Notes under the pieces: model-generated
Database searches by the model: none
Told to the model about the DNA's origin: nothing
Seen by the model: the letters and a program-made list of their open reading frames with translations, nothing else
Part shown: positions 11,037-20,621 of the stretch, one piece after another
Layout: the number at the start of each line of letters is the position of its first letter
Numbering within the stretch: the first letter of the stretch is position 1
Translations under genes and position numbers: made by a program
From: an uncultured Actinomycetota bacterium
Lineage (GTDB): Bacteria; Actinomycetota; Acidimicrobiia; Acidimicrobiales; Bog-793
DNA length: 64,000 nucleotides
Direction of reading: 5' to 3'
NCBI GenBank assembly: GCA_963735115.1
Contig: CAVTJR010000003.1
Coordinates: 1,231,509 to 1,295,508, forward strand

Positions 11037-12267
11037 TCAGCACCCGGCGGCAGGCAGGCGCCGTGGCGCCCCGTGTGCCCAGAGGATCTCCGGCACGGCC
11101 ACCTCGCCGAAGGCGTCCTGGTAGGTCTCCACGAGGGCGATCACCCAGCGGGCCGTCATGGCCGTGCCGTTCAGCGTGTGCACGACGTGGAGCTGGCGAG
11201 CCTCGTCCCGGTAGCGGACGTTGAGCCGCCGCGCCTGGTAGTCGGTCGTGTTGGAGCACGACGTGATCTCTCGGTAACGCCCCTGGCTCGGGATCCAAGC
11301 CTCGATGTCGTACTTCTTCGCCGCCGACGGACCGAGGTCTCCGGCGGCCGTGCACACCACCCGGTAGGCGAGCCCGAGCGCAGAGACGAGCTCCTCCTCG
11401 ATGGCGAGGATGCGCTCGTGCTCCGATGGCGACTGCTCCGGCGTCGAGTAGACGAACATCTCGACTTTGTCGAACTGGTGCACCCGGAAGATTCCCCGCG
11501 TGTCGCGCCCGGCGGCGCCGGCCTCGCGCCGAAAGCACGTCGAGTAGGCCGTGTAACGGCTCGGCAGCTCCGCCTCATCCAGGATCTCGCCCTGATGGAA
11601 ACCGGCCAGCGCCACTTCCGAGGTGCCGGTGAGGTAGAGCTCGTCCGACTCGAGCCGGTAGAGGTTCGCCTCCTCCGTCGGCAGGAACCCCGTGCCGAAC
11701 ATCGCCTCCTCGCGCACGAGCACGGGTGGGAGCAAGACCTCGAAGCCCATCCCCACGAGGTGATCGAGGGCGTAGCGGTACATCGCCAGCTCGAGCAGGG
11801 CGGTGGCCCCGCGCCGGTAGGCGAAGCGCGAGCCCGACAGCTTCGCTGCCCGGTCCAGTTCGAAACCACCCAGCTCCACATGGTCCCGCACCTCGAAGCC
11901 GAAGAGCGGGGGCTCCCCCACGCGGCGCACTTCGACGGCGTCCTCGTCGGAGATGCCGTCCGGCACGTCATCTGCCGGTGGGTTCGGGATGCGCCGCAGC
12001 AGCTCGTCCCGGCGGCCTTCCAGCTCGGCGAGCTCGGCTTCGGCTGCCCGCAGGTCTTCTTTCACCTGCTGGAGCGTGGTGAGCTCCTCCGGCGTGGGAC
12101 GACCCTTCGGGCGCGTGCGGGATTCTCAGGTCGTCGACGCGGGCGGTGAGGGACCTCCAGGCCGAGTCCACGATCAAGAGCTCGTCGAAGAGCTCGCCAG
12201 CACCCTTGCGGGCGAGGGCGCGGCGGAGCGCAGCGGGGTCCTCGCGTGCCAGCCGGATGTCGATCAT
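11037..12267 (-). pseudogene. serS: seryl-tRNA synthetase, interrupted by a 1-nt frame disruption near 12120-12128
   Basis: The N-terminal MIDIRLAREDPAALRRAL..ARVDDLR is in ORF 11968-12267. The continuation ESRTRPKGRPTPEELTTLQQVKEDLRAAEAEL.. and the class-II core (FRREAGAAGRDTRGIFRVHQFDKVE, TLNGTA) are in the frame of ORF 11037-12065. The span is 1231 nt (3n+1). Confidence 0.9.
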
Positions 12268-12282
12268 TGCGGGTCAGCCTAC

Positions 12283-12302
12283 GTGTCGGGGCATGCCGAC
12301 AC
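12283..12302 (-). terminator. GC-rich hairpin downstream of secF
   Basis: gtgtcgg-N6-ccgacac forms a perfect 7-bp stem 28 nt after the secF stop. There is no clear U-tract. Confidence 0.3.
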
Positions 12303-12329
12303 GATCTGCGGGCGTGGGCGGCTCGGGCC

Positions 12330-13733
12330 TCAGCGCCTCTTCTTCTTGCGTGGCCGCGGCGCCGGCCGGTTCTGCTGGCCGCCTCCAGATGCCCGGTTCG
12401 ACTGGCCGGAGCCAGCCGGTCGGTTGGGCTGCTGCTGGCGCGGGCGGTTGCTGCTGGGGCGGCCGCTTGCGGCCGGCCTGAGGGCGCCTGCGCCGGCGGC
12501 CACTTCCTGCACGTCCTCGAGCCCTTCATAGGAGGAGGCGACGTCCTGCTCGAGCGGCTCCGGGACGGGCGAGCGGGTGGCTCCCCGCGGGCGGATCGGT
12601 CCGCTCGGAGCGGCCGCTCGTCCCTTCTTCTGGCGTCGGGATGCACCCCGCTCCCCCTCGTCGAGGAAACCGGCAGCGGCGAAGGCGGGGGTGAGGAGCT
12701 GGATGGCGCTGTTGCGCGCCTCCAAGCGCTGGCGGATCTGCACGTAGCGGGGCTCGTGCTCCTTCAGCATGGCCACGAGCGGGGAGGCGATGAAGATCGA
12801 GGAGTAGGCCCCACTCGTGAGGCCGATGAGCAGGGCCAGGCCGAAGTACTGCAGCGTCGTGGCGCCAAGGATGTCCGCCCCGAGGATGAGGACGGCGAGG
12901 ATCGGGAGGATGGCGACGAGGGAGGTGTTGATCGAGCGGGCGAGGGTCTGGTTCATCGAGAGGTTCACGACGTCGGTGAAGCTCAGCTTCCCGGTTGCAC
13001 CCAACCCCTTCGTATTGTCCCGTATCCGGTCGAATACGACGATCGTGTCGTAGAGCGAGTACCCGAGGATCGTGAGGAAGGCGACGACGGTGTCCGGCGT
13101 CACGAGGAAGAACGTCAGCGAGTAGATGCCGACGGTCACGAGGATGTCGTGGGCGACGGCGACGATGGCAGCCAGCGCCATCTTCCACTCGAAGAAGATG
13201 GAGATGTAGGCCGAGATCATGATGAGGAACACGATGAGGGCCTCGACGGCCTTGTGGGTGACCTGAGAGCCCCAGGTCGGCCCGACGGCCTCCACCGAGA
13301 CGGCGCCCGCGGAGGTGTGCGTCAAGCGGGCGAGGACGCCGGTGACCTTGTTCTGCAGGGCCGTGCTGACGGCGCCGGCGCTGCTCGAGACCTTCGCCTC
13401 GACCTCGAGTTGGGCGTGGCTGCCGCTGCCCAGCGTCGTGACCGTTGCGTGGCTGAGCCCGACAGCGCTCACGGCCGCTTGCGCCGTCGTGACACTGACA
13501 CCGTTGGTGTCGGCCACCGTCCAGGACGTCCCCCCGACGAACTCGATGTCGTAGTTGAGACCTCGGGTGGCGAGAGAGATGACGCCCGCCAGGATGATGA
13601 CTCCCGAGACGGCGAACCAGATCCGGCGGCGCCGGACGAAGTCGAACTTCGTCTGCCCGTAGTAGAGGCGACGGAAGCGGCCGCCGCTCGTCGCGCCGGC
13701 ACCGGCGCCGACGGAGGCCGCCCCGGCGCTCAT
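12330..13733 (-). CDS. secF: protein translocase subunit SecF with a long basic low-complexity C-terminal tail
   Basis: FDFVRRRRIWFAVSGVIILAGVISL..GLNYDIEFVGGTSW plus six predicted TM segments. ATGA overlap with the secD stop. Confidence 0.92.
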   Translation of the reverse strand: MSAGAASVGAGAGATSGGRFRRLYYGQTKFDFVRRRRIWFAVSGVIILAGVISLATRGLNYDIEFVGGTSWTVADTNGVSVTTAQAAVSAVGLSHATVTTLGSGSHAQLEVEAKVSSSAGAVSTALQNKVTGVLARLTHTSAGAVSVEAVGPTWGSQVTHKAVEALIVFLIMISAYISIFFEWKMALAAIVAVAHDILVTVGIYSLTFFLVTPDTVVAFLTILGYSLYDTIVVFDRIRDNTKGLGATGKLSFTDVVNLSMNQTLARSINTSLVAILPILAVLILGADILGATTLQYFGLALLIGLTSGAYSSIFIASPLVAMLKEHEPRYVQIRQRLEARNSAIQLLTPAFAAAGFLDEGERGASRRQKKGRAAAPSGPIRPRGATRSPVPEPLEQDVASSYEGLEDVQEVAAGAGALRPAASGRPSSNRPRQQQPNRPAGSGQSNRASGGGQQNRPAPRPRKKKRR

Positions 13734-15241
13734 GCGGCCTCGGCCGTCGGCGAGACGGCAAGTCCGCGGGCGACGCCGAGGCCGCGGGCGTCTGTGAACA
13801 CGCGGTTGCGCCCGAGCAGGATCACGAGGGGTCGAGTGAAGGTGTAGGCGGTGACGACATCGAGCAGCGTGGCGATGCCGAGCATGAGGGCGAAGCCCTT
13901 CACGGCTCCGATGGAGAGCAGGTACAGCACGGCGGCGCCGATGAACGACACGGCGTCTGCGGAGAGGATCGTGCGGTAGGCGCTCCGGAACCCCTTGTCG
14001 ACCGACGATCGGATCGAGCGGCCGGCTCGGATTTCGTCCTTTAATCGCTCGAAGTACACGACATAGGAGTCAACAGTGATGCCGACCGACACGATGAGGC
14101 CGGTGATGCCCGACAGGTCGAGGGTCAGGCCCTCCTTGTGGCCGAGGGTGGAGATGATGGCGTACAGGAGGCCGGCGGTGGAGAGCAGGCCGAGCACGAC
14201 CACGACGCCGAGAGCGCGGTAGTAGAAGATCGTGTAACCCATGACGAGCAGCAGCCCGAGCAGCCCGGCGAGCAGGCCGGCGTGCAGCGACGCAGCTCCC
14301 AGCGACGGGGAGACGACTTGGGAGGTGAGCGGTGTGAGGGCGACAGGCAGAGCACCGTAGTTGAGCTCGAGCGCGAGCTTGCCGGCGCTCAATGAATCAA
14401 AGTTCCCGCTGATCTGCCCCGAGCCATTGAAGCTCGTCGCCTCGATGATGGGCGCCGAGACGATCGCTCCGTCCAGGTCGTTGGCGACGAGGGTCCCGTA
14501 GTACTTCTTCGCAATGTCATTGAAGATGGGGCCGCCGGAGCTGGTCAGGTTGAAGACCACGACCCACCCAGCCGAAGTGTCCTGCGAATAGGCGCTCTTG
14601 ATGATGGTCCCGGTGGCCTGTGACGGGCCGAGCACACACCGCGTGGCGCCGTTGCAGTCTTCGTTCAGGATGATGTTGTGATGCTCGTAAAGAGCGTCTT
14701 TTGCCGGCGGCGTGGAGACGTATGTCGCGTACACAGGATCCTCGAGGTACGCCGGCGGCACGTCCAACGAGAGACTGGATCCCGAACCGCTGTCGTACTG
14801 AGCGGTCCAGGCGTATGCGCTCGCGGGCGAAGGCGGAACCCTGTAGACGGATTTCGTCTTTGCCGGCGCCGTGTAGGGAGGTGCGCCTGCGATAACCGGG
14901 CGAAAGAAGAGCTGTGCTGTCGTCCCGACGATGCTCAAGATCTGCCGGGCGTTCTTCACGCCCGGCAACTGGACGACGATGTTCGAGCCTTGCGTCGAGA
15001 TGTTCGGCTGGCTTACCCCAAGGGCGTTCACGCGGTCGCTCATGACCTGAACGGCGTCCTGCAGCTGCGAGTTCGTAACCTTCTGCCCGGGCAGGGGCTT
15101 GGGTGTGTAGGTCACCGACAAGCCACCCCGCAGGTCGAGCCCGAGAACGGGTCTCCAGTGGGCAGCCAAAACGCCTGCGAAGGTCCCGAAGCACACCAAC
15201 AAGGTGAGGAGCACGCTCACCACCAAGGAGCGCTGCTTCAT
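13730..15241 (-). CDS. secD: protein translocase subunit SecD
   Basis: N-terminal TM, then LGLDLRGGLSVTY, a periplasmic domain and a C-terminal 6-TM block (GITGLIVSVGITVDSYVVYFERLKDE). Confidence 0.92.
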   Translation of the reverse strand: MKQRSLVVSVLLTLLVCFGTFAGVLAAHWRPVLGLDLRGGLSVTYTPKPLPGQKVTNSQLQDAVQVMSDRVNALGVSQPNISTQGSNIVVQLPGVKNARQILSIVGTTAQLFFRPVIAGAPPYTAPAKTKSVYRVPPSPASAYAWTAQYDSGSGSSLSLDVPPAYLEDPVYATYVSTPPAKDALYEHHNIILNEDCNGATRCVLGPSQATGTIIKSAYSQDTSAGWVVVFNLTSSGGPIFNDIAKKYYGTLVANDLDGAIVSAPIIEATSFNGSGQISGNFDSLSAGKLALELNYGALPVALTPLTSQVVSPSLGAASLHAGLLAGLLGLLLVMGYTIFYYRALGVVVVLGLLSTAGLLYAIISTLGHKEGLTLDLSGITGLIVSVGITVDSYVVYFERLKDEIRAGRSIRSSVDKGFRSAYRTILSADAVSFIGAAVLYLLSIGAVKGFALMLGIATLLDVVTAYTFTRPLVILLGRNRVFTDARGLGVARGLAVSPTAEAA

Positions 15242-15783
15242 GACCGATTGTGCCCTTCCCGGCCGAGATCGAGGCCCGCTCCAGGGCCTGGCTCTCCCGG
15301 CTTGCTGCTCGCAGTGTCCGTCGACTCGTCTTCCTCGTCGCCGGCGTCGTCGTCCTCGTGGTCTGCGTAGTCCTCCTCGTCCTCGTCGTCCTCGTGCTGC
15401 TCGGCGTCGTAGCCGGGGTCCGGCGACACGTCGAGCGAGACCTCGCCCTCGGCTTTGTTGAGCACCTGGCTGATGGCCCTGCGCACGACCTCGATCTCGA
15501 TCTCGGGGGCGACCTCGATGGTCGCCCGGTCGCCCTCGATGTCGGTCACGCGGCCGATGATGCCGGACGAGAGCATGACCTCGTCGCCGATGTCGGCGCC
15601 CTGGTTCTGCATCTGCGTCCGCCGCATCCGCTGGCTGCGCGGGCGCAACACGAAGAGGTACACGAGCAGACCGAAGCCGACGATCAGCAGCAGCGTCGCT
15701 GACGAGCTCGACTTCGTCGTCTTGGCCGCTGCCAGAGCGAGGCCGTGAACGGCCAGGCCCACGTTATTGAGGTGCGAGGACAT
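15238..15783 (-). CDS. yajC: preprotein translocase subunit YajC with an acidic C-terminal tail
   Basis: LLLIVGFGLLVYLFVLRPRSQRMRRTQ..GDEVMLSSGIIGRVTDI. The ATG at 15783 is preceded by AGGGAG. The tail is rich in D/E. Confidence 0.85.
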   Translation of the reverse strand: MSSHLNNVGLAVHGLALAAAKTTKSSSSATLLLIVGFGLLVYLFVLRPRSQRMRRTQMQNQGADIGDEVMLSSGIIGRVTDIEGDRATIEVAPEIEIEVVRRAISQVLNKAEGEVSLDVSPDPGYDAEQHEDDEDEEDYADHEDDDAGDEEDESTDTASSKPGEPGPGAGLDLGREGHNRS

Positions 15784-15844
15784 CGGCTCCCTAGCCTGGG
15801 TCGATTCGAATCGAACCGACACCTTACTCCTTGTGGGCCCCTCC

Positions 15845-17038
15845 TTAGGGGCAGGGGCCGTCCTCGCTCACCGAGTCGAACAGGCTCGGGTTCTCCGGAG
15901 CGAGATGGCGCCCGCGGCCTCGGGTCGCCCGCCCGTGGAGAACGTCGGTTACGGCCATGCCATCGAGCTCCAGGTGCGTCGGGACAGCGAGACCGAGGTG
16001 ATGGAAGGCCGCCGGCGTCGCCAGTCTTCCCCGCGGCGTGCGAAGCACGAGGCCTGCCTTGAGGAGGAAGGGTTCGTAGGCATCCTCGACGGTCTCGGGC
16101 TCCTCGCCGACGCTCACGGCCAACTGAGAGAGACCGATGGGTCGGCCGGCCGACCTGCAAAGCGATTCCAGGATCATCCGGTCGACGCGGTCGAGGCCGA
16201 GCTCGTCGATGCCGAAGGTCTCGAGGCCTTCGCGGGCGGCCTCATAGGTGACGATGCCCTCGCCCCGCACCTCCACGAAGTCGCGCACGCGGCGAAGGAG
16301 GCGGATGGCGAGTCGGGGCGTGCCACGAGATCGACTGGCGATCTCGGCGGCTCCTTCGGTCGTCACCTCCGTCGCGAAGAGGCGGGCGGAGCGGCGCACG
16401 ATCGCCTCCAGCTCCTCCGGACGGTAGTGGTCGAGTCGGGCGACGAAACCGAAGCGGTCTCTGAGCGGGCCCGTCACGAGCCCGGTGCGAGTGGTGGCGC
16501 CGACGAGGGTGAACCTGGGGATGTCGAGCCGAAGCGAGCGGGCGGTTGGGCCTTTGCCGAGCACGATGTCGAGCTGGAAGTCCTCCATTGCCGGGTAGAG
16601 GACCTCTTCGACAGCTCGCCCGAGGCGGTGAATCTCGTCAATAAAGAGGATGTCACCGGGTTGCAAGTCGGTCAGGATGGCGGCCACGTCGCCCGTGCGG
16701 ACGAGCGCCGGGCCGGAGGTCACGCGGAAGCTCGCACCCATCTCGGCTGCGACGATGCCGGCCAGTGTCGTCTTGCCGAGGCCGGGGGGGCCTGCGAAGA
16801 GCAGATGATCGACGGCTTGCTCGCGTTTGCGGGCCGCCTCCAGCACGATCGAGAGCCGCTCCTTCAGGTCGGCCTGCCCGACGAAGTCCGCCAACCGGCG
16901 GGGCCGCAGACCTGCCTCGAACTGGGCTTCGAGCTCATCTGGGGTCGGGTCGAGCGGCCGCTCCGACGCGCTTTGCGAGCTCACGAGGGTGTCCTCGTCA
17001 AAGGGGGACTCCCGGATGACCTCTCTGCGAGGGCTCAT
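15845..17038 (-). CDS. ruvB: Holliday junction branch migration helicase RuvB
   Basis: LRPRRLADFVGQADLKERL, Walker A GPPGLGKTTLA, Walker B ILFIDEIHRL. Confidence 0.93.
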   Translation of the reverse strand: MSPRREVIRESPFDEDTLVSSQSASERPLDPTPDELEAQFEAGLRPRRLADFVGQADLKERLSIVLEAARKREQAVDHLLFAGPPGLGKTTLAGIVAAEMGASFRVTSGPALVRTGDVAAILTDLQPGDILFIDEIHRLGRAVEEVLYPAMEDFQLDIVLGKGPTARSLRLDIPRFTLVGATTRTGLVTGPLRDRFGFVARLDHYRPEELEAIVRRSARLFATEVTTEGAAEIASRSRGTPRLAIRLLRRVRDFVEVRGEGIVTYEAAREGLETFGIDELGLDRVDRMILESLCRSAGRPIGLSQLAVSVGEEPETVEDAYEPFLLKAGLVLRTPRGRLATPAAFHHLGLAVPTHLELDGMAVTDVLHGRATRGRGRHLAPENPSLFDSVSEDGPCP

Positions 17039-17679
17039 CGCCGAGGTGCCAGTTCCCGCAACGCCGCCCGCAGCAGATCTTCGACGGTCCCCTCCGCCGG
17101 CAGGGCGCGCACGGCAGTGCGGATCTCGTCCGGGCCGTAGCCGAGCTGACCGAGCGCGTCGGCCACCTCGCTCGAGGCCGAGGGCGTTCCTCCGATGAGC
17201 GAGACGGCGGACGAGAGAGCCCCGTCGAGCTCGCCGAAGCGCGACTTGAGGTCGACGAGCAGCCGCATCGCCGTCTTGCGCCCGACGCCCGGCACGAGGG
17301 TGAGAGCGTCGATGTCGTCGCCGGCGACGATCTCGACGAGGCGGTCCGGCCCGTGCACCGACACGATCGCCAGGGCGAGGGACGGTCCGACGCCGTGAGC
17401 GCCGAGGAGGAGCTCGAAGGCGCGCCGCTCGTCGACGTCGGCGAAGCCGTACAAGGTGATGGCGCCCTCGCGGACGTGGGTGTGGATCGACAATGCCGCC
17501 AGGGGGCCTGTGCTCGCCTCGGGCATGGGGCCCTTCAGCCCGATCGCCCCGAAGGAGCCGGCGAGCCTCGGCGAGACGTGCACGCGGTAGCCGACACCGC
17601 AGACGTCGAGCACGATCTCGACTGCGGTGTCGCCGACGGGGCGGCGTTCGATCACCGTTCCCCGCAAGTAGCCGATCAT
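17035..17679 (-). CDS. ruvA: Holliday junction DNA helicase RuvA
   Basis: MIGYLRGTV.. start at 17679 and HhH motifs (LTLVPGVGRKTAMRLL). The stop overlaps the ruvB start. The listed 396-aa ORF is over-extended upstream. Confidence 0.92.
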   Translation of the reverse strand: MIGYLRGTVIERRPVGDTAVEIVLDVCGVGYRVHVSPRLAGSFGAIGLKGPMPEASTGPLAALSIHTHVREGAITLYGFADVDERRAFELLLGAHGVGPSLALAIVSVHGPDRLVEIVAGDDIDALTLVPGVGRKTAMRLLVDLKSRFGELDGALSSAVSLIGGTPSASSEVADALGQLGYGPDEIRTAVRALPAEGTVEDLLRAALRELAPRR

Positions 17680-18191
17680 CCTGCCAGTCCTTTCATCATG
17701 GCCCGCTCCTTCCCCCAGGCGGTGGCGCCGAGGTGGCAGATGCCGAGAGCGAGGGCGTCGGCGACGTCGGCCGGACGCGGTACCTCGCTCAGCTGTAGGA
17801 GGCGGACCACCATGGCCTGCACCTGCTCCTTCGGAGCGTTGCCATAACCGGTGACGGCGAGCTTCACCTCGGCTGCGGTGTACTCGGCAACCCCACATCC
17901 GTGCTCGACAGCGGTGAGGAGCGCCACGCCGCTCGCCTGCCCGACGGACATGGCCGTACGGGCGTTCGAGCGGAAGAAGATGCGCTCGATCACCATGACA
18001 TCGGGGTGGAGCTCGTCGAGCAAGCTCTCGAGGTCCGCCCGCAGCATCGCCAGCCTCGCCGGCACGGACTCTGAGGTCGGTGTCGTGAGGACACCGGCGG
18101 CGATCGTGCGATAGGCGCCGCCTCGCTCGGCGCGGGCGACGCAGCCGTAACCGCACCGCGACAGCCCAGGGTCGATGCCGAGAACAAACAT
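17676..18191 (-). CDS. ruvC: crossover junction endodeoxyribonuclease RuvC
   Basis: MFVLGIDPGLSRCGYG start at 18191. ..ADVADALALGICH near the C-terminus. Confidence 0.9.
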   Translation of the reverse strand: MFVLGIDPGLSRCGYGCVARAERGGAYRTIAAGVLTTPTSESVPARLAMLRADLESLLDELHPDVMVIERIFFRSNARTAMSVGQASGVALLTAVEHGCGVAEYTAAEVKLAVTGYGNAPKEQVQAMVVRLLQLSEVPRPADVADALALGICHLGATAWGKERAMMKGLAG

Positions 18192-18267
18192 CCGTTCGAT
18201 CGTATCCCCGACGCCCGCCCGGCACGCGGATGCTACGCGGGCGACGAGGTTTGCCGGATGACTCGGC

Positions 18268-19017
18268 TCAGATCTCGATTGTCTCCAGGATCTCATCGGG
18301 GATGTCGACGTTCGACCAGACGTTCTGGACGTCGTCGTGGTCCTCGAGGACCTCGATCAGCTTCAGGATGCGCTTGGCCGTCGACTCGTTGTCGATCTCC
18401 ACCCGCGTGTTCGGCACCATCTCGAGGTCGGCGCTCTCGATGGGTATGTCGGCGGCGTCGAGGGCGGTCTTCAGGGCGTGCAGGTCCGCGGGCGCCGCGG
18501 TGAGCAGCCAGTCGGAGCCTTCATCGGCGAGATCCTCGGCGCCGGCCTCGAGGGCGACGCTCATCAGCTCGTCCTCGCCCACGCTTTTCGGCAGGACGAC
18601 GACACCCTTGCGGTCGAACTGCCACGACACCGAGCCAGGCTCGGCCATGGAACCACCGTTGCGGGAGAAGAGCGAGCGGATGTCAGCGCCCGTGCGGTTG
18701 CGGTTGTCCGTGAGACACTCGACCATGAGGGCCACGCCGGAAGGGGCATAGCCCTCGTAGGCGACCGGCTCGTAGCGGACGCCCTCGAGCTCGCCCGTTC
18801 CCCGCTTGATCGCCCGCTCGATGGTGTCGAGCGGCACGGAGGCATCCCTCGCCTTGGCGAACATCGTGCGCAGGGTGGCGTTGGCGTTGACATCGCCCCC
18901 GCCCTCGCGGGCGGCCACCTCGACCTGGCGAATCAGTTTGGCGAAGAGCTTGCCCCTCGCCTTGTCGACGGCGCCTTTGCGGTGCTTCGTCGTTGCCCAC
19001 TTCGAATGACCCGACAT
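18268..19017 (-). CDS. YebC/PmpR family DNA-binding transcriptional regulator
   Basis: MSGHSKWATTKHRKGAVDKARGKLFAKLIR, a hallmark N-terminus. 249 aa. Confidence 0.93.
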   Translation of the reverse strand: MSGHSKWATTKHRKGAVDKARGKLFAKLIRQVEVAAREGGGDVNANATLRTMFAKARDASVPLDTIERAIKRGTGELEGVRYEPVAYEGYAPSGVALMVECLTDNRNRTGADIRSLFSRNGGSMAEPGSVSWQFDRKGVVVLPKSVGEDELMSVALEAGAEDLADEGSDWLLTAAPADLHALKTALDAADIPIESADLEMVPNTRVEIDNESTAKRILKLIEVLEDHDDVQNVWSNVDIPDEILETIEI

Positions 19018-19020
19018 CGC

Positions 19021-19668
19021 TTAGTCTCCCTCGACTTCGATCTGGTCCAACATCATCTGATGGAGCCGCCCGTCGCCGGAGAGCTCCGGGTGAAAGGCGG
19101 CAACGATCACCGGCCCCTGACGACAGACGACGGCGCGCGCCGTCGAGTCTTCACCTCGGCGGTCGAGCCGCACGGTCGCAAGCACTTCCACGTCGGGGCC
19201 GGCCGTTTCGACGATCGGGGCGCGGATGAAGAGGGCGTGCATCGGACCGCCTTCGAGCCCGTCGACCGCCAAGTCCGTCTCGAAAGACTCCAGCTGGCGT
19301 CCGAAGGCATTGCGCCTGACGACGAGATCGATGGCGCCGAGCGAGATCTGATCGCTGCGCCCGTCGAGGATCTCCCGACTCAGCAGGATCATCCCGGCGC
19401 AGGTGCCGAGCACCGGCACCCCATCGGCCAGGAGCTTCTCGAGCCCGGGAAGCAGGCCGGACGACTGCAGCAGGATCGACATCGTCGTCGACTCCCCGCC
19501 TGGTACGACGAGCGCCTGCACACCCTCGAAATCCATCGGCCGCCGCACCTGCACGCCGGCGGCGCCGAGGTCGTCGAGAACCGCCAGGTGCTCGCGCACG
19601 TCCCCCTGCAGCGCGAGGATGCCGACTCGGATGCCAGGTCTCCTGTCCGCCGCATCTGTCGACGGCAC
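19021..19668 (-). CDS. pdxT: pyridoxal 5'-phosphate synthase glutaminase subunit PdxT
   Basis: VGILALQGDVREH, VVPGGESTT, GTCAGMILL, FHPE. Confidence 0.9.
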   Translation of the reverse strand: MPSTDAADRRPGIRVGILALQGDVREHLAVLDDLGAAGVQVRRPMDFEGVQALVVPGGESTTMSILLQSSGLLPGLEKLLADGVPVLGTCAGMILLSREILDGRSDQISLGAIDLVVRRNAFGRQLESFETDLAVDGLEGGPMHALFIRAPIVETAGPDVEVLATVRLDRRGEDSTARAVVCRQGPVIVAAFHPELSGDGRLHQMMLDQIEVEGD

Positions 19669-19672
19669 GCGG

Positions 19673-20593
19673 CTACCAGCCGCGCTCGGCCAGCTTCAGC
19701 TCGAGCGTCCCGATCTCGCTGCCGGCCATGGCGTCACCGAGACCCCGCGACACCTTGGCGACGATCTCCGGGTCCTCGAAGTGAGCGGTGGCTTCCACGA
19801 TCGCCCGTGCCCGGCGAGAGGGATCACTGCTCTTGAAGATCCCCGAGCCCACGAACACCGCCTCGGCGCCGAGTTGCATGACGAGGGCGGCGTCGGCCGG
19901 GGTGGCGAGCCCACCGGCGCAGAACAAGGGCACCGGCAACCTCCCGGTCGTGGCTACCTCCTCGACCAGGTCAATTGGTGCCTGCAGGCTCTTCGCCCAG
20001 CCGTAGCGCTCAGCCGGGTCGGACGTGGCCAGCTTGCGCACGTCTCCGAGGATCGACCGCAGGTGGCGGACCGCCTCGACGACGTTGCCCGTGCCGGCTT
20101 CACCTTTTGAGCGGATGAGGGCGGCGCCTTCGCTGATCCTGCGCAGCGCCTCACCGAGGCTTGTCGCTCCGCAGACGAAGGGCACCTGGAAGGACCACTT
20201 GTCGATGTGGTAGGCCTCGTCGGCCGGTGTCAGCACTTCGCTCTCGTCGATGTAGTCGACCCGGAGCGCCTCGAGCACCTGCGCCTCGGCAAAGTGCCCG
20301 ATGCGAGCCTTTGCCATGACCGGGATCGTGACGACCGCCTGGATGCCCTCGATGAGTGCCGGGTCGCTCATGCGGGCAACACCGCCGTCACGCCGGATGT
20401 CGGCCGGCACACGCTCGAGCGCCATGACGGCGACGGCGCCGGCATCCTCGGCGATCTTGGCGTGCTCGGCGTTGACCACGTCCATGATCACGCCGCCGCG
20501 GAGCATCTCGGCCAGCCCACGCTTGACGCGCGCCGTACCCGTAGCCCTTGTATCCGTCATCCCCGTCCGATCAGCGCGTGCAGGCGAACCCAT
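19673..20593 (-). CDS. pdxS: pyridoxal 5'-phosphate synthase lyase subunit PdxS
   Basis: [47 protein letters not shown]. An alternative start is the ATG at 20560. Confidence 0.93.
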   Translation of the reverse strand: MGSPARADRTGMTDTRATGTARVKRGLAEMLRGGVIMDVVNAEHAKIAEDAGAVAVMALERVPADIRRDGGVARMSDPALIEGIQAVVTIPVMAKARIGHFAEAQVLEALRVDYIDESEVLTPADEAYHIDKWSFQVPFVCGATSLGEALRRISEGAALIRSKGEAGTGNVVEAVRHLRSILGDVRKLATSDPAERYGWAKSLQAPIDLVEEVATTGRLPVPLFCAGGLATPADAALVMQLGAEAVFVGSGIFKSSDPSRRARAIVEATAHFEDPEIVAKVSRGLGDAMAGSEIGTLELKLAERGW

Positions 20594-20599
20594 GTGGCC

Positions 20600-20605
20600 A
20601 TTCTA
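20600..20605 (-). promoter_or_regulatory. candidate -10 hexamer TAGAAT positioned for a leaderless pdxS mRNA
   Basis: The minus strand reads TAGAAT-GGCCAC-ATG, so the A of the ATG is 7 nt after the hexamer. There is no SD. Confidence 0.3.
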
Positions 20606-20621
20606 CGGCCTCGGGCGGTTG

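Noticed and set aside
12115-12130. Programmed ribosomal frameshifting as an explanation for the serS, gltB and pimA frame breaks
   Set aside because: No slippery heptamer or downstream stimulatory structure is evident at the junctions. These families are not known to use recoding, and the sites look like simple single-base indels.
17680-18225. N-terminal extensions of RuvA (396-aa ORF), MshC (548 aa), the PIG-L deacetylase (434 aa), the HIT protein (298 aa) and the S4 protein (336 aa)
   Set aside because: The conserved family N-termini start at internal ATG or GTG codons that overlap or abut the upstream gene's stop. The extensions are low-complexity and overlap the upstream genes.
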